Assembly (NCBI GenBank): GCA_963716255.1
Contig: OY970303.1
Span: forward strand, 288,001 to 352,000
DNA from: an uncultured Gemmatimonadales bacterium
GTDB lineage: Bacteria > Gemmatimonadota > Gemmatimonadetes > Longimicrobiales > Longimicrobiaceae
Length of the DNA stretch: 64,000 nucleotides
Reading direction: 5' to 3'
Shown: positions 10,531 through 19,535 of the stretch, in pieces
Position numbering within the stretch: position 1 is the stretch's first letter
Layout of the letters: each line of letters starts with the position of its first letter
Notes under the pieces: generated by a model
Seen by the model: the letters and a program-made list of their open reading frames with translations, nothing else
The model's database searches: none
Told to the model about the DNA's origin: nothing
Position numbers and translations under genes: made by a program

Positions 10531-12247
10531 GGTGTTCCTCTACGGCTTGCAGTTCCCAGGTGTTGAGCACCTGCGGCGCGGCCAGCCACCCCTTGCGGGC
10601 GGCGTTCACGCCGAAGGCGACGTTGTCCAGCCCGCGCGTGGAGTGCGCGTCCGGGTTGACGGGCACCAGCACCCCCCGCTCCGCGGCGTAGCGCACCCAG
10701 CGCCAGTCCAGGTCCAGCCGGTGGGGATCGGCGTTGATCTCGATGGCGACGCCGTGCTCGGCGGCCGCGTCGATCACCGCGCGGACGTCGATCGCGTACC
10801 CCTCGCGCGTCAGCAGGAGCCGCCCGGTGGGGTGACCCAGCATGGTGAGGCGCGGGTTCTCCACGGCCCGCAGCACCCGGTCGGTCATGGCGCGCTCCGG
10901 CATGCCGAACGACGAGTGCACCGAGCCCACCACGTAGTCGAAGGAGGCGAGCACGTCGTCCGGGTAGTCCAGGGCGCCGTCGGGGAGGATGTCGGCCTCG
11001 GTGCCCCTGAGCAGCCGGAAGCGCCCGGCCCCCGCCCCGCCGTGCGCCGCGTTCCACGCGTCGATCTCGCGGTGCTGGGCGCGCACCCGGGTGGAGGCCA
11101 GCCCGCCCGCGTACCCGGCCGAGCGGGAGTGGTCGGCGATGCCAAGATATCGCCAGCCGCGCTCGCGCGCAGCCTCCGCCATCTCCGCGACGGTGGCCTT
11201 GCCGTCGGACCAGGTGGTGTGGCAGTGGAAGGTGCCGCGCAGGTCGGCGGGCTCCACCAGCCGGGGGATGCGCCCCTCGGCCGCCGCGGCCACCTCGCCC
11301 ATCCCCTCGCGCAGCTCGGGCGGCACGTACGCCAGCCCCAGCACGGAGTACAGCGCTTCCTCGTCGGGGAGGGGGGCGTCCCCGCCGCCGTGCCGCAGCC
11401 CGTCCGAGTCCCATAGGAGCCCGCGCTCCGCGGCTCGCGCGGCCAGCGCCTCCAGGTGCGCCGCGCTCCCCGTTTCCCACGCGACGGCCGCGACGAATCG
11501 CGGTGGCGCCACGCAGCGCACGTTCACGCGCACGCCGTCGCGCAGGCGCAGCGAGGCGCGCCCCTCCCCCGCGCGCTCGGCGGCGCCGCCGGTGCCCTGG
11601 AGCGCCAGGAACGCGTCCACCACCGCGGCCGCGTCGGTCGAGGCGGCCACGAGGTCCACGGACGCGGCGGTCTCCATGCGGCGGCGCAGATCCCCCGCGA
11701 TCTCGGCGGCGGCCACGGCGGGGTGGGCGCGCAGCCACTCCAGGAAGTGAACGGCGAGCTCCATCGCCTGGGGGTAGCGCCGCCGCCCCGCGGATGCCCG
11801 CACGAAGCCCAGCCCCTCCAGCACCTTCTGCTGCGTCTTCGCGCCGAAGCCGGGGAGGGAGGCCACCTCGCCGGCGCGCGCCGCGGCCTCCAGCCGCTCC
11901 AGCGAGTCGATCCCCCGCTCGGCGTACAGGGTGCGCACGCGCTTCGTCCCCAGCCCGGGGATGCGCAGCAGGTCGTGGAGCCCCACCGGCACCTCGGCGC
12001 GCAGGCGCTCGTGCTGCCCGGAGCGCCCGGTGGCCAGCAGCTCGGCGACGGTGTCGGCGATGGCGGGGCCCACGCCGGGGAGCGAGGTCAGCCCGCCCGC
12101 GCGGGCCAGGGCGTCCAGGTCGGCCGTGGTCCCCTCCAGCGTGCGGGCGGCGGCGGCGAAGGCGCGGACGCGGAAGGGGTTCTCGCCGGTCAGTTCCCCC
12201 AGCATGGCGATCTCCTCCAGGACCGCCGCCACCTCGCGGGCGTTCAC
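10478..12247 (-). CDS. polX: DNA polymerase X family / PHP-domain protein (polymerase aspartates altered)
   Basis: GENPFRVRAF, HhH repeats, YVPPELREG and PHP motifs HCHTTWSDG, DH and DAH; GTG start overlaps the upstream TGA. Confidence 0.92.
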   Translation of the reverse strand: MNAREVAAVLEEIAMLGELTGENPFRVRAFAAAARTLEGTTADLDALARAGGLTSLPGVGPAIADTVAELLATGRSGQHERLRAEVPVGLHDLLRIPGLGTKRVRTLYAERGIDSLERLEAAARAGEVASLPGFGAKTQQKVLEGLGFVRASAGRRRYPQAMELAVHFLEWLRAHPAVAAAEIAGDLRRRMETAASVDLVAASTDAAAVVDAFLALQGTGGAAERAGEGRASLRLRDGVRVNVRCVAPPRFVAAVAWETGSAAHLEALAARAAERGLLWDSDGLRHGGGDAPLPDEEALYSVLGLAYVPPELREGMGEVAAAAEGRIPRLVEPADLRGTFHCHTTWSDGKATVAEMAEAARERGWRYLGIADHSRSAGYAGGLASTRVRAQHREIDAWNAAHGGAGAGRFRLLRGTEADILPDGALDYPDDVLASFDYVVGSVHSSFGMPERAMTDRVLRAVENPRLTMLGHPTGRLLLTREGYAIDVRAVIDAAAEHGVAIEINADPHRLDLDWRWVRYAAERGVLVPVNPDAHSTRGLDNVAFGVNAARKGWLAAPQVLNTWELQAVEEHLAQRKQGGAPGADRPHP

Positions 12248-13086
12248 GCGGGCGGGGCGCCGCCGCCGTCCGCCTCGTCCAGGGAGACGCGGTGGAAGGG
12301 GAGCCGCGAAAGGGGGACGGAGCCGGGACGCTCGTGCTCGCGCCGCTCGGCGGGCCCGTGGCCGGCGACGTGGCCGGGGTGGCGGTCCACGTACCAGAGG
12401 GCGCGCCCCACCAGCTTGAGCGCCTCGGGGACGGTGAGGATGGAGTACAGCCCGGCCATGTCGCCGCCGGGGAGGACGCTCTCGAAGTCGCGCCCCTCCT
12501 CGCGCACCGCCGCCTCGTTCCACGCCGCGGGGATCCCCGGCCCCACCTCGGTGTCGAAGTGGATCAGGCTGAGCCCGGCGCGCTGGCGGTGGATCCCCAG
12601 CGCCATCAGCACCTCCAGCGTCTCGAAGGGCTCGCCGCCGGCGTCCTCGCAGTCGGCGCAGCACACGAAGAAGCCGTCCACCGGCTCGGGGGGCACGTCC
12701 GGCGAGACGCTGGCCCAGAACAGGTTGGCGGGAAGCTGCACGTACGCCGACTCGGCGGGGAGGCGCAGCTCCCACCCGCGCAGGTCGGGGGCGGCCTCCA
12801 CCAGGTAGCGCGCCACCGCCGGCTCCAGCACGTACACGCGCTTGCCGAAGCGCCAGAAGTTGAAGGCGTGGTACAGGAACATGCGGTACTGCTCGGTGGC
12901 GTCCGGCGACGCGTCGGGCGGCACCACGCCGCGCACCGCCTCGCCCGCGCGGCTGAGGAAGGCGAAGCGCTCCGGGTGCGACGGGTCCACCCGCTGCGCC
13001 TCGGCCTCCGCGAGGATCGCCGGAAAGGTGCGCCCCTCCATGGCGGGCTCCTCGAACACCAGCTCGTACGGCGTCAGCCGGGCCAT
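12244..13086 (-). CDS. hypothetical protein (280 aa), translationally coupled to polX
   Basis: Clean globular composition from MARLTPYELVF; GTGA overlap with polX. Confidence 0.75.
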   Translation of the reverse strand: MARLTPYELVFEEPAMEGRTFPAILAEAEAQRVDPSHPERFAFLSRAGEAVRGVVPPDASPDATEQYRMFLYHAFNFWRFGKRVYVLEPAVARYLVEAAPDLRGWELRLPAESAYVQLPANLFWASVSPDVPPEPVDGFFVCCADCEDAGGEPFETLEVLMALGIHRQRAGLSLIHFDTEVGPGIPAAWNEAAVREEGRDFESVLPGGDMAGLYSILTVPEALKLVGRALWYVDRHPGHVAGHGPAERREHERPGSVPLSRLPFHRVSLDEADGGGAPPA

Positions 13087-13210
13087 GCCGGCCGTCTGCC
13101 GCGCCGCCGGGGGGATGGAACCTTGGTCAGCCACTCTGCTCGCCTCTCGGATGCCCGGTCGTGCCCGGAACGTGGGAGCCTGCGGAAGGATGCAAGCCCA
13201 GTGCGAGCGG

Positions 13211-13264
13211 CCCTCACCCGGCTCGCTTGAGGCTCGCCACCCTTTCCCAGTTCTGGGAGAGGGG
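13211..13264. repeat. family C palindromic element (subtype a), extragenic copy
   Basis: CCCTCACCCGGCTCGCTTGAGGCTCGCCACCCTTTCCCAGTTCTGGGAGAGGGG; closely similar to the inserts inside NRPS A domains. Confidence 0.85.
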
Positions 13265-13279
13265 GCCCGCCGTTGCAGT

Positions 13280-13432
13280 TCCGCAGTACCCCCCGGAGTC
13301 TGTTCGGAGGGAGACAGCCGGGTGGTTTCGGCTGGCTCACTCCGGCGGAGGGAGACACGGGGGCAGTTTCCCGGGGCTCCCGGAGCCCGCGTAGGAAACA
13401 GGCCGGCAGTTTGGCCTGGTTCCGGAGCGGCC
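13280..13432 (-). repeat. family B triple-hairpin repeat, copy 1
   Basis: Reverse complement aligns with 55013-55165 (GGCCGCTCCGGAACCAGGCC...GGCCTGTTTCCTACGCGGG...). Confidence 0.85.
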
Positions 13433-13446
13433 CCCGCGCACCGCAC

Positions 13447-14160
13447 TCAGTCCGACGAACCGACGCTCACCAGCGACTCCAGCACCTCCAGCCTGCGTCC
13501 CGAAAAAACTGCGCGCAGCGATTCCCAGAAACCCCGGCTGCGCACCAGCACCACCACCACGTCGCCCCTGGGCGCGGGCACGTCGTCCAGCGTCACGAAG
13601 TGCACGTCCCCCAGCGGCGACGGGAGCGGCAGGGCGAGCGGGCGCCCCTCCCACTCCACGGCGACGGACGCGTCCCCGGGCCCCACCGCGCGCTCCAGGA
13701 ACACGTCGCCGGCCACCTCCCAGGCGCCGGGCCCCAGCGGCTCGCCGGAGCGGAAGAAGAACGGCTCGAACTCCAGCCCCTCGCGGCGCGCGAAGTTCTG
13801 GTCGTCGGCGTAGTCGCGCACCTCCAGCTCGTCGTCCTGCGCCAGCGACTCCAGGTGGTGGCGGATCTCGTGGGTGACGGTCTCCCAGATCTCCTCCTCC
13901 CAGTCCCACTCCTCCTCCAGCCGCGACAGCCGCAGGAACGAGCCGTAGTACAGCATCACGATGGAGCGCACCTCCCCCGCCCCGCCCCACTCGGTGGGGT
14001 AGGTTTCGGTGACGCACTCGCCGAGCGTGTAGACGTCGGGGAGCTCCGGGTGCGGCACGGCGCGGCGCTCCACCGCCAGCCCGTCCACGCCCTCGCGGAA
14101 GTCCGGGGGGACGGCGTCGAACACCTCGTGCGCGCGGCGCTCGAACTCGTCGAAGGTCAT
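13447..14160 (-). CDS. zincin-like metallopeptidase domain protein
   Basis: MTFDEFE start, IVMLYYGSF and TVTHEIRHH (HExxH). Confidence 0.8.
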   Translation of the reverse strand: MTFDEFERRAHEVFDAVPPDFREGVDGLAVERRAVPHPELPDVYTLGECVTETYPTEWGGAGEVRSIVMLYYGSFLRLSRLEEEWDWEEEIWETVTHEIRHHLESLAQDDELEVRDYADDQNFARREGLEFEPFFFRSGEPLGPGAWEVAGDVFLERAVGPGDASVAVEWEGRPLALPLPSPLGDVHFVTLDDVPAPRGDVVVVLVRSRGFWESLRAVFSGRRLEVLESLVSVGSSD

Positions 14161-14229
14161 CCGCCGGCGCGCGTGCGGGCTGCGGTCATGATACCGGATC
14201 CGGTTGGAACGGCTTTGGACGGCGGGTTC

Positions 14230-14358
14230 GGGCGTGCCCCCGGCTGGCGCCGGGGTCGGGCTTCGGCTCCGTAGGGCTGCAAACAACGCAGCCCAACGGA
14301 GTCGAGCCCCGGCAAACTGCCGCCGGGTCTCGCCCCTTCGGGCCGAAATCCCTCACGC
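14230..14358 (+). repeat. family A structured repeat, copy 3
   Basis: GGGCGTGCCCCCGGC...ATCCCTCACGC; reverse complement of copy 5. Confidence 0.95.
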
Positions 14359-14498
14359 GGGCTCCGTTCGGACCGGGAGGGAGGGATTCGGGTCCGGAAA
14401 CTATCCGCGCGGCAAACCGGCGCGCAACGATGCGCGCGGGGCCCGGACGACACGCGCTCGCCCGGGCCCCGCCCGCCCCTCCGAAGCGCGCCCCGCCC

Positions 14499-15041
14499 TC
14501 AGGCGCCGATCGCCCGCCGGATCCGCGCGATCTGCGCCAGGTGCACCAGGTCGTGCGCCGCCAGCAGGGCGACGACGCGCCGCACGCTCTCCGGCCCGCG
14601 CTCGGCGTGCATCCCGGCGCGGTCCAGCCGCTCGTCGTCCAGAGAGCGCAGCCAGCGCAGGTTGGCGGTGCGCAGCGCGCGGTGCTGCTCCTGCGCGGCG
14701 GCGAGCTCCACGTGGCGGTAGCCCAGCTCGCGGCTCCAGGCGTCCTGGTCGTAGCCCTCGATGGCGCACCCCGGGTCGGCGACGATCTTCCGCATCCGGT
14801 AGCCGTGCACCAGCTCGGTGTCCGCCAGGTGCTGCACCACTTCCACGACCGACCACTTCCCCGGCGCCTCGGGGGTACGCAGCGCCGCGTCGTCCAGCCC
14901 GGCCACGGCCTCCGCCAGGCGCTCCACCTGCGCCTCCTGCACCTCCCACGGGTCGCGATCGCCCAGCACGCCGAGCAGCGAGGCCACGTAGCGGGCCACG
15001 GCTTCCGGCGGGTCGCCGAAGCGGTTGGCGAGGTCCGGCAC
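14499..15041 (-). CDS. DinB/YfiT-family protein
   Basis: PGKWSVVEVVQHLADTE...GYDQDAW...AHDLVHLAQI; GTG start just after the glyQS stop. Confidence 0.85.
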   Translation of the reverse strand: MPDLANRFGDPPEAVARYVASLLGVLGDRDPWEVQEAQVERLAEAVAGLDDAALRTPEAPGKWSVVEVVQHLADTELVHGYRMRKIVADPGCAIEGYDQDAWSRELGYRHVELAAAQEQHRALRTANLRWLRSLDDERLDRAGMHAERGPESVRRVVALLAAHDLVHLAQIARIRRAIGA

Positions 15042-15046
15042 GGCCG

Positions 15047-16396
15047 CTACCCCAGCCGCTCGCGCAGGTACTCCACCACCCGCCCTTCCTCGATCCTCAC
15101 CTGCTCCATGGTGTCGCGGTCGCGGATGGTCACGGTGCCGTTCTCGCCGGTCTCGCCGTCCACCGTGAGCCCGAAGGGCGTCCCCGCCTCGTCCTGCCGC
15201 CGGTAGCGCCGCCCGATGGCCCCCGACTCGTCGTAGAAGCTGGGAATGCCGCGGCGGCGCAGGTCCTCGTGGATGGCGGTGGCGCGCTCCGGCATGCCGT
15301 CCTTCTTCACCAGCGGGAACACGCCCACCTTGAGCGGCGCCAGCGAGGGCTTGATCCCCAGCACCACGCGCGTCTCCCCCTCCACCTCCTCCTCGCGGTA
15401 GGCGTCCGCCAGCACCGCCAGGGTGATGCGGTCGGCCCCCACCGAGGTCTCGATGATGTAGGGGAGGTAGCGCTTGTTCTGCGCCGGGTCGATGTACTCC
15501 AGGCGCTTCCCCGAGTACTCCTGGTGCCGCCGCAGGTCGAAGTCGGTGCGGTTGTGGATCCCCTCCACCTCGCCCCACCCGCCCTCGCCGATGGTGCCGC
15601 CGAAGCGGAACTCCACGTCGCCGGCGGCGCTGGCGTAGTGCGCCAGCTTCTCGTGCGGCCTGTAGCGCAGCCGGTCCTCCGAGAGCCCCAGCACCTGCGT
15701 GTGCCAGCTCATCCGCCGCTCGCGCCAGTACTCGAACCACTCCCCGTCGCTGCCGGGCTCGACGAAGAACTGCATCTCCATCTGCTCGAACTCGCGCGTG
15801 CGGAAGGTGAAGTTCCCGGGGGTGATCTCGTTGCGGAACGCCTTGCCGATCTGCGCGATCCCGAAGGGGACCTTCTGCCGCGCCGAGGTCTGCACGTTGA
15901 GGAAGTTGACGAAGATGCCCTGCGCCGTCTCCGGACGCAGGTACACGGTGGACGACGAGTCCTCCACCGGCCCCATGAACGTCTTGAACATCAGGTTGAA
16001 CTGGCGCGGCTCGGACCACTGCCCCCGCACCCCGCACGACGGGCACTGGATGGCCGCCGTCTCCCGGGTGCCGGCCAGCTCCTGGAGGGTGTCCTCGCGG
16101 AAGCGGCGGTGGCAGTTGAGGCATTCCACCAGCGGGTCGCTGAACTCGGCCACGTGGCCGGACGCTTCCCACACCCTGGGGTGCATGAGGATGGCCGCGT
16201 CCAGACCCTCGATGTCGTCGCGCTCGTGCACCATGCTGCGCCACCAGGCGTCCTTGACGTTGCGCTTCAGCTCCACGCCCAGCGGGCCGTAGTCCCACAC
16301 GGAGCCGGTGCCGCCGTAGATCTCGGAAGACTGGAAGACGTAGCCCCGCCGCTTGCTGAGCGAGACGAGCTTTTCCATCAGGTCGTTGTCGGCCAT
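15047..16396 (-). CDS. glyQS: glycine--tRNA ligase (homodimeric type)
   Basis: [37 protein letters not shown] and anticodon-binding domain [14 protein letters not shown]. Confidence 0.97.
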   Translation of the reverse strand: MADNDLMEKLVSLSKRRGYVFQSSEIYGGTGSVWDYGPLGVELKRNVKDAWWRSMVHERDDIEGLDAAILMHPRVWEASGHVAEFSDPLVECLNCHRRFREDTLQELAGTRETAAIQCPSCGVRGQWSEPRQFNLMFKTFMGPVEDSSSTVYLRPETAQGIFVNFLNVQTSARQKVPFGIAQIGKAFRNEITPGNFTFRTREFEQMEMQFFVEPGSDGEWFEYWRERRMSWHTQVLGLSEDRLRYRPHEKLAHYASAAGDVEFRFGGTIGEGGWGEVEGIHNRTDFDLRRHQEYSGKRLEYIDPAQNKRYLPYIIETSVGADRITLAVLADAYREEEVEGETRVVLGIKPSLAPLKVGVFPLVKKDGMPERATAIHEDLRRRGIPSFYDESGAIGRRYRRQDEAGTPFGLTVDGETGENGTVTIRDRDTMEQVRIEEGRVVEYLRERLG

Positions 16397-16519
16397 TCTG
16401 ACTTCGGAATCGGTCGGAGGATCGCGGACTTTCGCGCTGCATGCCGTTCATGTATTCACGAACAGGGCTGGCAAGTTACGCGGGTGCCGGCCCCGTGGCA
16501 AATCGGCGCGAGCGGGGCG

Positions 16520-16951
16520 TCACCGCTCCCGCAGGCGCACCCGGGTGACCTCCTCCACGGCCGCCATCACCGCGTGGAAGCCCTGCACGTCGCGGGGGTC
16601 GGCGTGCGCGCGGATCTCGCCCTCCAGCGCCTCCAGCAACCGGTTGCAGCGGTCCGCCAGCTCCCCGCCCTCGTCGCTCACGTGGATCAGGAAGGAGCGG
16701 CGGTCGTCCGGGTTGACCTCGCGGCGCACCAGCCCGGCCCGCTCCAGGCGGTCGAGAAGGCTGGTGAAGGTGGACTGCTTGATCCCGAAGACGCGCACCA
16801 GCTCCGCGATGGGGGCCGGGGCGTAGCTCCGCAGGTAGGTGAGCACGTGCCCCTCCAGGGGGCTCACCCCCAGCTCGCGGGTGCGCGCCTCCAGGTACAC
16901 GGAAAGCTGCCGCGACGCCTTGTGCAGGGGAGAAAGGAATTCCAGGGGCAT
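16520..16951 (-). CDS. MarR-family transcriptional regulator
   Basis: wHTH: IAELVRVFGIKQSTFTSLLDRLERAGLVRREVNPDDRRS; AGGA RBS. Confidence 0.9.
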   Translation of the reverse strand: MPLEFLSPLHKASRQLSVYLEARTRELGVSPLEGHVLTYLRSYAPAPIAELVRVFGIKQSTFTSLLDRLERAGLVRREVNPDDRRSFLIHVSDEGGELADRCNRLLEALEGEIRAHADPRDVQGFHAVMAAVEEVTRVRLRER

Positions 16952-17023
16952 GGCTTCCTGCGGTCGGGGAGGTGGCGGCGGGACCGGAGCGCACGGCACG
17001 GGCGTCCGCGTCCGCCGCGGAGC

Positions 17024-17080
17024 TTGACGGCGCTCGCGAGAGCCGCTAGTCTACCGAAAGAGGATAATACGATATCGTAT
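17024..17080 (+). promoter_or_regulatory. sigma70-like promoter plus palindromic operator
   Basis: TTGACG(17024)-17 bp-TAGTCT(17047), then the perfect palindrome ATACGATATCGTAT (17067-17080), between divergent marR and dinB. Confidence 0.75.
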
Positions 17081-17125
17081 CAATTTCGCATAGTCCCCTT
17101 TCCACCCGGCACCCGCGAGGCGACC

Positions 17126-17641
17126 ATGGCCGCAGAAGCACCCTCCAGCGTGGGCGAGATCGAGCTCCTCCGCCACCAGGCGCGCGTGACCCATCACGTC
17201 GTGCGGCTCAACACCGAGGGCGTGACACAGGAGGAGAGCCTGCTCCAGCCCGAGCCCGCCGGGAACTGCCTGAACTGGGTGGTGGGGCACCTGGTCGCCA
17301 TCTACGAGCGGGCGCTCCCGGTCCTGGGCCAGGAACCGGTGATGGGGCCCGGCGCCATGGCGCGGTACGACCGCGGCTCGGCGCCGCTGCGCGACCCCGC
17401 CGAGGCCATGCGGCTGGACGACCTGCTGGCGGCGTGGGACGAGGCGTCGCGGCGCGTGGACGCGGGGCTTGCCGGGCTCGACCCGGCGGCGCTCGGCGCG
17501 CCCGCGCCGTTCAGCCCGGGCGGCGACCCGGACGAGACGACCCGCTCGCTGCTGGCGACGGTGCTCTTCCACCAGGGCTACCACGCCGGCCAGACGGGGA
17601 TCCTGCGCAGGCTCGCCGGGCGGGAGGGAGCCATCCGCTGA
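17126..17641 (+). CDS. DinB-family protein
   Basis: [11 protein letters not shown]...[16 protein letters not shown]; divergent from marR. Confidence 0.85.
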   Translation: MAAEAPSSVGEIELLRHQARVTHHVVRLNTEGVTQEESLLQPEPAGNCLNWVVGHLVAIYERALPVLGQEPVMGPGAMARYDRGSAPLRDPAEAMRLDDLLAAWDEASRRVDAGLAGLDPAALGAPAPFSPGGDPDETTRSLLATVLFHQGYHAGQTGILRRLAGREGAIR

Positions 17642-17673
17642 GACGTCCCCGCGGACGGAGCTCCCCCGGTGGG

Positions 17674-17702
17674 TTGCCGCCGCGGCGCGCTGCCACTACC
17701 CT
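17674..17702 (+). promoter_or_regulatory. possible sigma70-like promoter for clpP
   Basis: TTGCCG-17 bp-TACCCT upstream of clpP. Confidence 0.35.
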
Positions 17703-17871
17703 GTTGGGTGGCCGCGCGCGCGTGTGGAACGACACCTGCACGCGCCGCCGCGGGCGACGCAAATCTCCCGCACGCGCGGGAGCGCACGGAATCTTTCAGG
17801 ACGGCGCCGCCGGCCGGCGCCGGCTTCGCGCTCGTAGCACGACCTTTCAAACCGCGGATCGGAGGAGCAGC

Positions 17872-18498
17872 GTGAACGACGACGATCAGGACCAGGACCA
17901 GGAGCAGGAGAAGGAGGAGCGGACCCCCGCCTCGACCCCGACCACCGTGACCGACTCCCTCAAGGAGCGGCTCTTCAAGGCGCGCACGCTGGTCATCAGC
18001 GGCGAGATCAACCAGGCGCTGGCGTCGCACGTCATCGCGCAGCTGCTGGCGCTCGCCGCGGATTCGGACAAGGCGATCACCATCTTCATCAACTCGCAGG
18101 GCGGCCACGTGGAGTCGGGCGACACCATCCACGACGTCATCCGCTTCATCAAGCCGCGCGTGCGAATGGTGGGGACCGGGTGGGTGGCGAGCGCCGGGGC
18201 GCTGATCTTCGTGTCGGTTCCGCTGGAGGACCGCTTCGCCCTCCCCAACACCCGCTTCCTGCTGCACCAGCCGGCGGGCGGGAGCGGCGGCACTGCGGCG
18301 GACATCGACATCGAGGCCCGCGAGATCCTCAAGATGCGCGACCGCATCAACCGCATCTTCTCCACGGCGACGGGGCAGCCCATCGAGCGCATCGAGAAGG
18401 ACACCCACCGCAACTTCTGGCTGGGCGCCGACGACGCCAAGGAGTACGGGCTGGTGGGACGGATCGTGGCGAGCCAGGACGAGCTGGAAGGGGCCTGA
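17872..18498 (+). CDS. clpP: ATP-dependent Clp protease proteolytic subunit
   Basis: INSQGG, VASAG (catalytic Ser), LHQP (His) and EYGLV; GGAGGAG RBS before GTG. Confidence 0.95.
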   Translation: MNDDDQDQDQEQEKEERTPASTPTTVTDSLKERLFKARTLVISGEINQALASHVIAQLLALAADSDKAITIFINSQGGHVESGDTIHDVIRFIKPRVRMVGTGWVASAGALIFVSVPLEDRFALPNTRFLLHQPAGGSGGTAADIDIEAREILKMRDRINRIFSTATGQPIERIEKDTHRNFWLGADDAKEYGLVGRIVASQDELEGA

Positions 18499-18523
18499 CC
18501 GTCCGCGGGCAGGGAGAAGTCCG

Positions 18524-18572
18524 GGGGGTGCCGGCGGGCGCGTTGCACGGGCCGCCGGCACCCCCTAGCTTT
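18524..18572 (+). terminator. probable terminator hairpin after clpP
   Basis: GGGGGTGCCGGCGG...CCGCCGGCACCCCC followed by TAGCTTT. Confidence 0.5.
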
Positions 18573-18620
18573 GAGGACCCGCAGGCTTCCCACCCACCCG
18601 CGCCTCCCCAGGAGATCCGC

Positions 18621-19076
18621 ATGCGCAGATTGCTTCTGTCCGTCGCGTTCGCCGCCGCGCTGCTCGCCCTTCCCCGCGCCGCGGCGGCGCAGGACTACCG
18701 CACCATCGTCGTCTCCCAGCTCGACACCGTCGCGGGCCCCATCGCCCGGAGCGGCTTCCGCGCGGAACCGTCCGTGTTCGACCGCGACGTCGTGGTGGGG
18801 GCGCTCGGCCAGGGCGCCACCTCCATGCTGGAGCTCAACCTGGTGGGCGGGGTGAACTACTTCATCCCCGCGGTGTGCGACGGCGACTGCAGCGACATGG
18901 ACCTGCGCATCTTCTCCACCGACAACACCACGGCGGTGGCGGAGGACACGGCGGACGACGACGTCCCCATGCTCAACTTCACGGCGCCCAAGTCGGGGCG
19001 CTACATGCTGGCCGTGGACATGGCGAAGTGCTCGGCGAGCATCTGCTACTACGGGTTCCGCGTGTACCGGAAGTAG
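18621..19076 (+). CDS. secreted hypothetical protein (PPC-like beta domain, CDGDC motif)
   Basis: AGGAG RBS, signal peptide ending AAA-Q, VCDGDCSDMDL...SGRY. Confidence 0.75.
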   Translation: MRRLLLSVAFAAALLALPRAAAAQDYRTIVVSQLDTVAGPIARSGFRAEPSVFDRDVVVGALGQGATSMLELNLVGGVNYFIPAVCDGDCSDMDLRIFSTDNTTAVAEDTADDDVPMLNFTAPKSGRYMLAVDMAKCSASICYYGFRVYRK

Positions 19077-19093
19077 CGAGAACGGCAGGATTT

Positions 19094-19222
19094 GGGCGTG
19101 CCCCCGGCTGGCGCCGGGGTCGGGCTTCGGCTCCGTAACGCACGAAACAACCGTGCGTAACGGAGTCGAGCCCGCGCAAACAGCCGCGCGGTCTCGCCCC
19201 TTCGGGCCGAAATCCCTCACGC
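19094..19222 (+). repeat. family A structured repeat, copy 4
   Basis: GGGCGTG...ATCCCTCACGC, 17 nt after stop 19076. Confidence 0.95.
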
Positions 19223-19490
19223 GGGGATGGTGCTGGCGTCCGCTGGGGCCCCCTCCCCGGCGCTGCGCGCCACCCGCCCTCGCTCCACCGGCGGGCGAGT
19301 GCTCTGGCGAGTCCCTTCGGGTTTCGCACCGACGGAGCAGCCTCCCCCGGCCGACCCCATGCACGGAGCCGGCCGGAGCACACGCTGTCGGCTCCCCTCT
19401 CCCAGAATGGCGCTTCACGCTTCGCGTGAACCGGATCGAGGACCCGGGTGGCGAGCCTCGAACGAGCCGGGTGAGGGGCTGAGGATTCAT

Positions 19491-19532
19491 ACGACGGAGG
19501 GGGCGGCCCGCGCGGGCCGCCCCCTCCGTCGT
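19491..19532. terminator. perfect 42-bp palindrome, probable terminator
   Basis: ACGACGGAGGGGGCGGCCCGC|GCGGGCCGCCCCCTCCGTCGT directly after the permease stop, between convergent genes. Confidence 0.7.
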
Positions 19533-19535
19533 TCT

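Noticed and set aside
14157..14453. Recurrent peptide YGAEARPRRQPGARP in several short ORFs
   Set aside because: It is a translation of the family A DNA repeat, not a protein family.
17875..17920. GACCAG/GAGCAG-type repeats at the clpP 5' end
   Set aside because: They encode a low-complexity acidic N-terminus ([14 protein letters not shown]), with no sign of a separate element.
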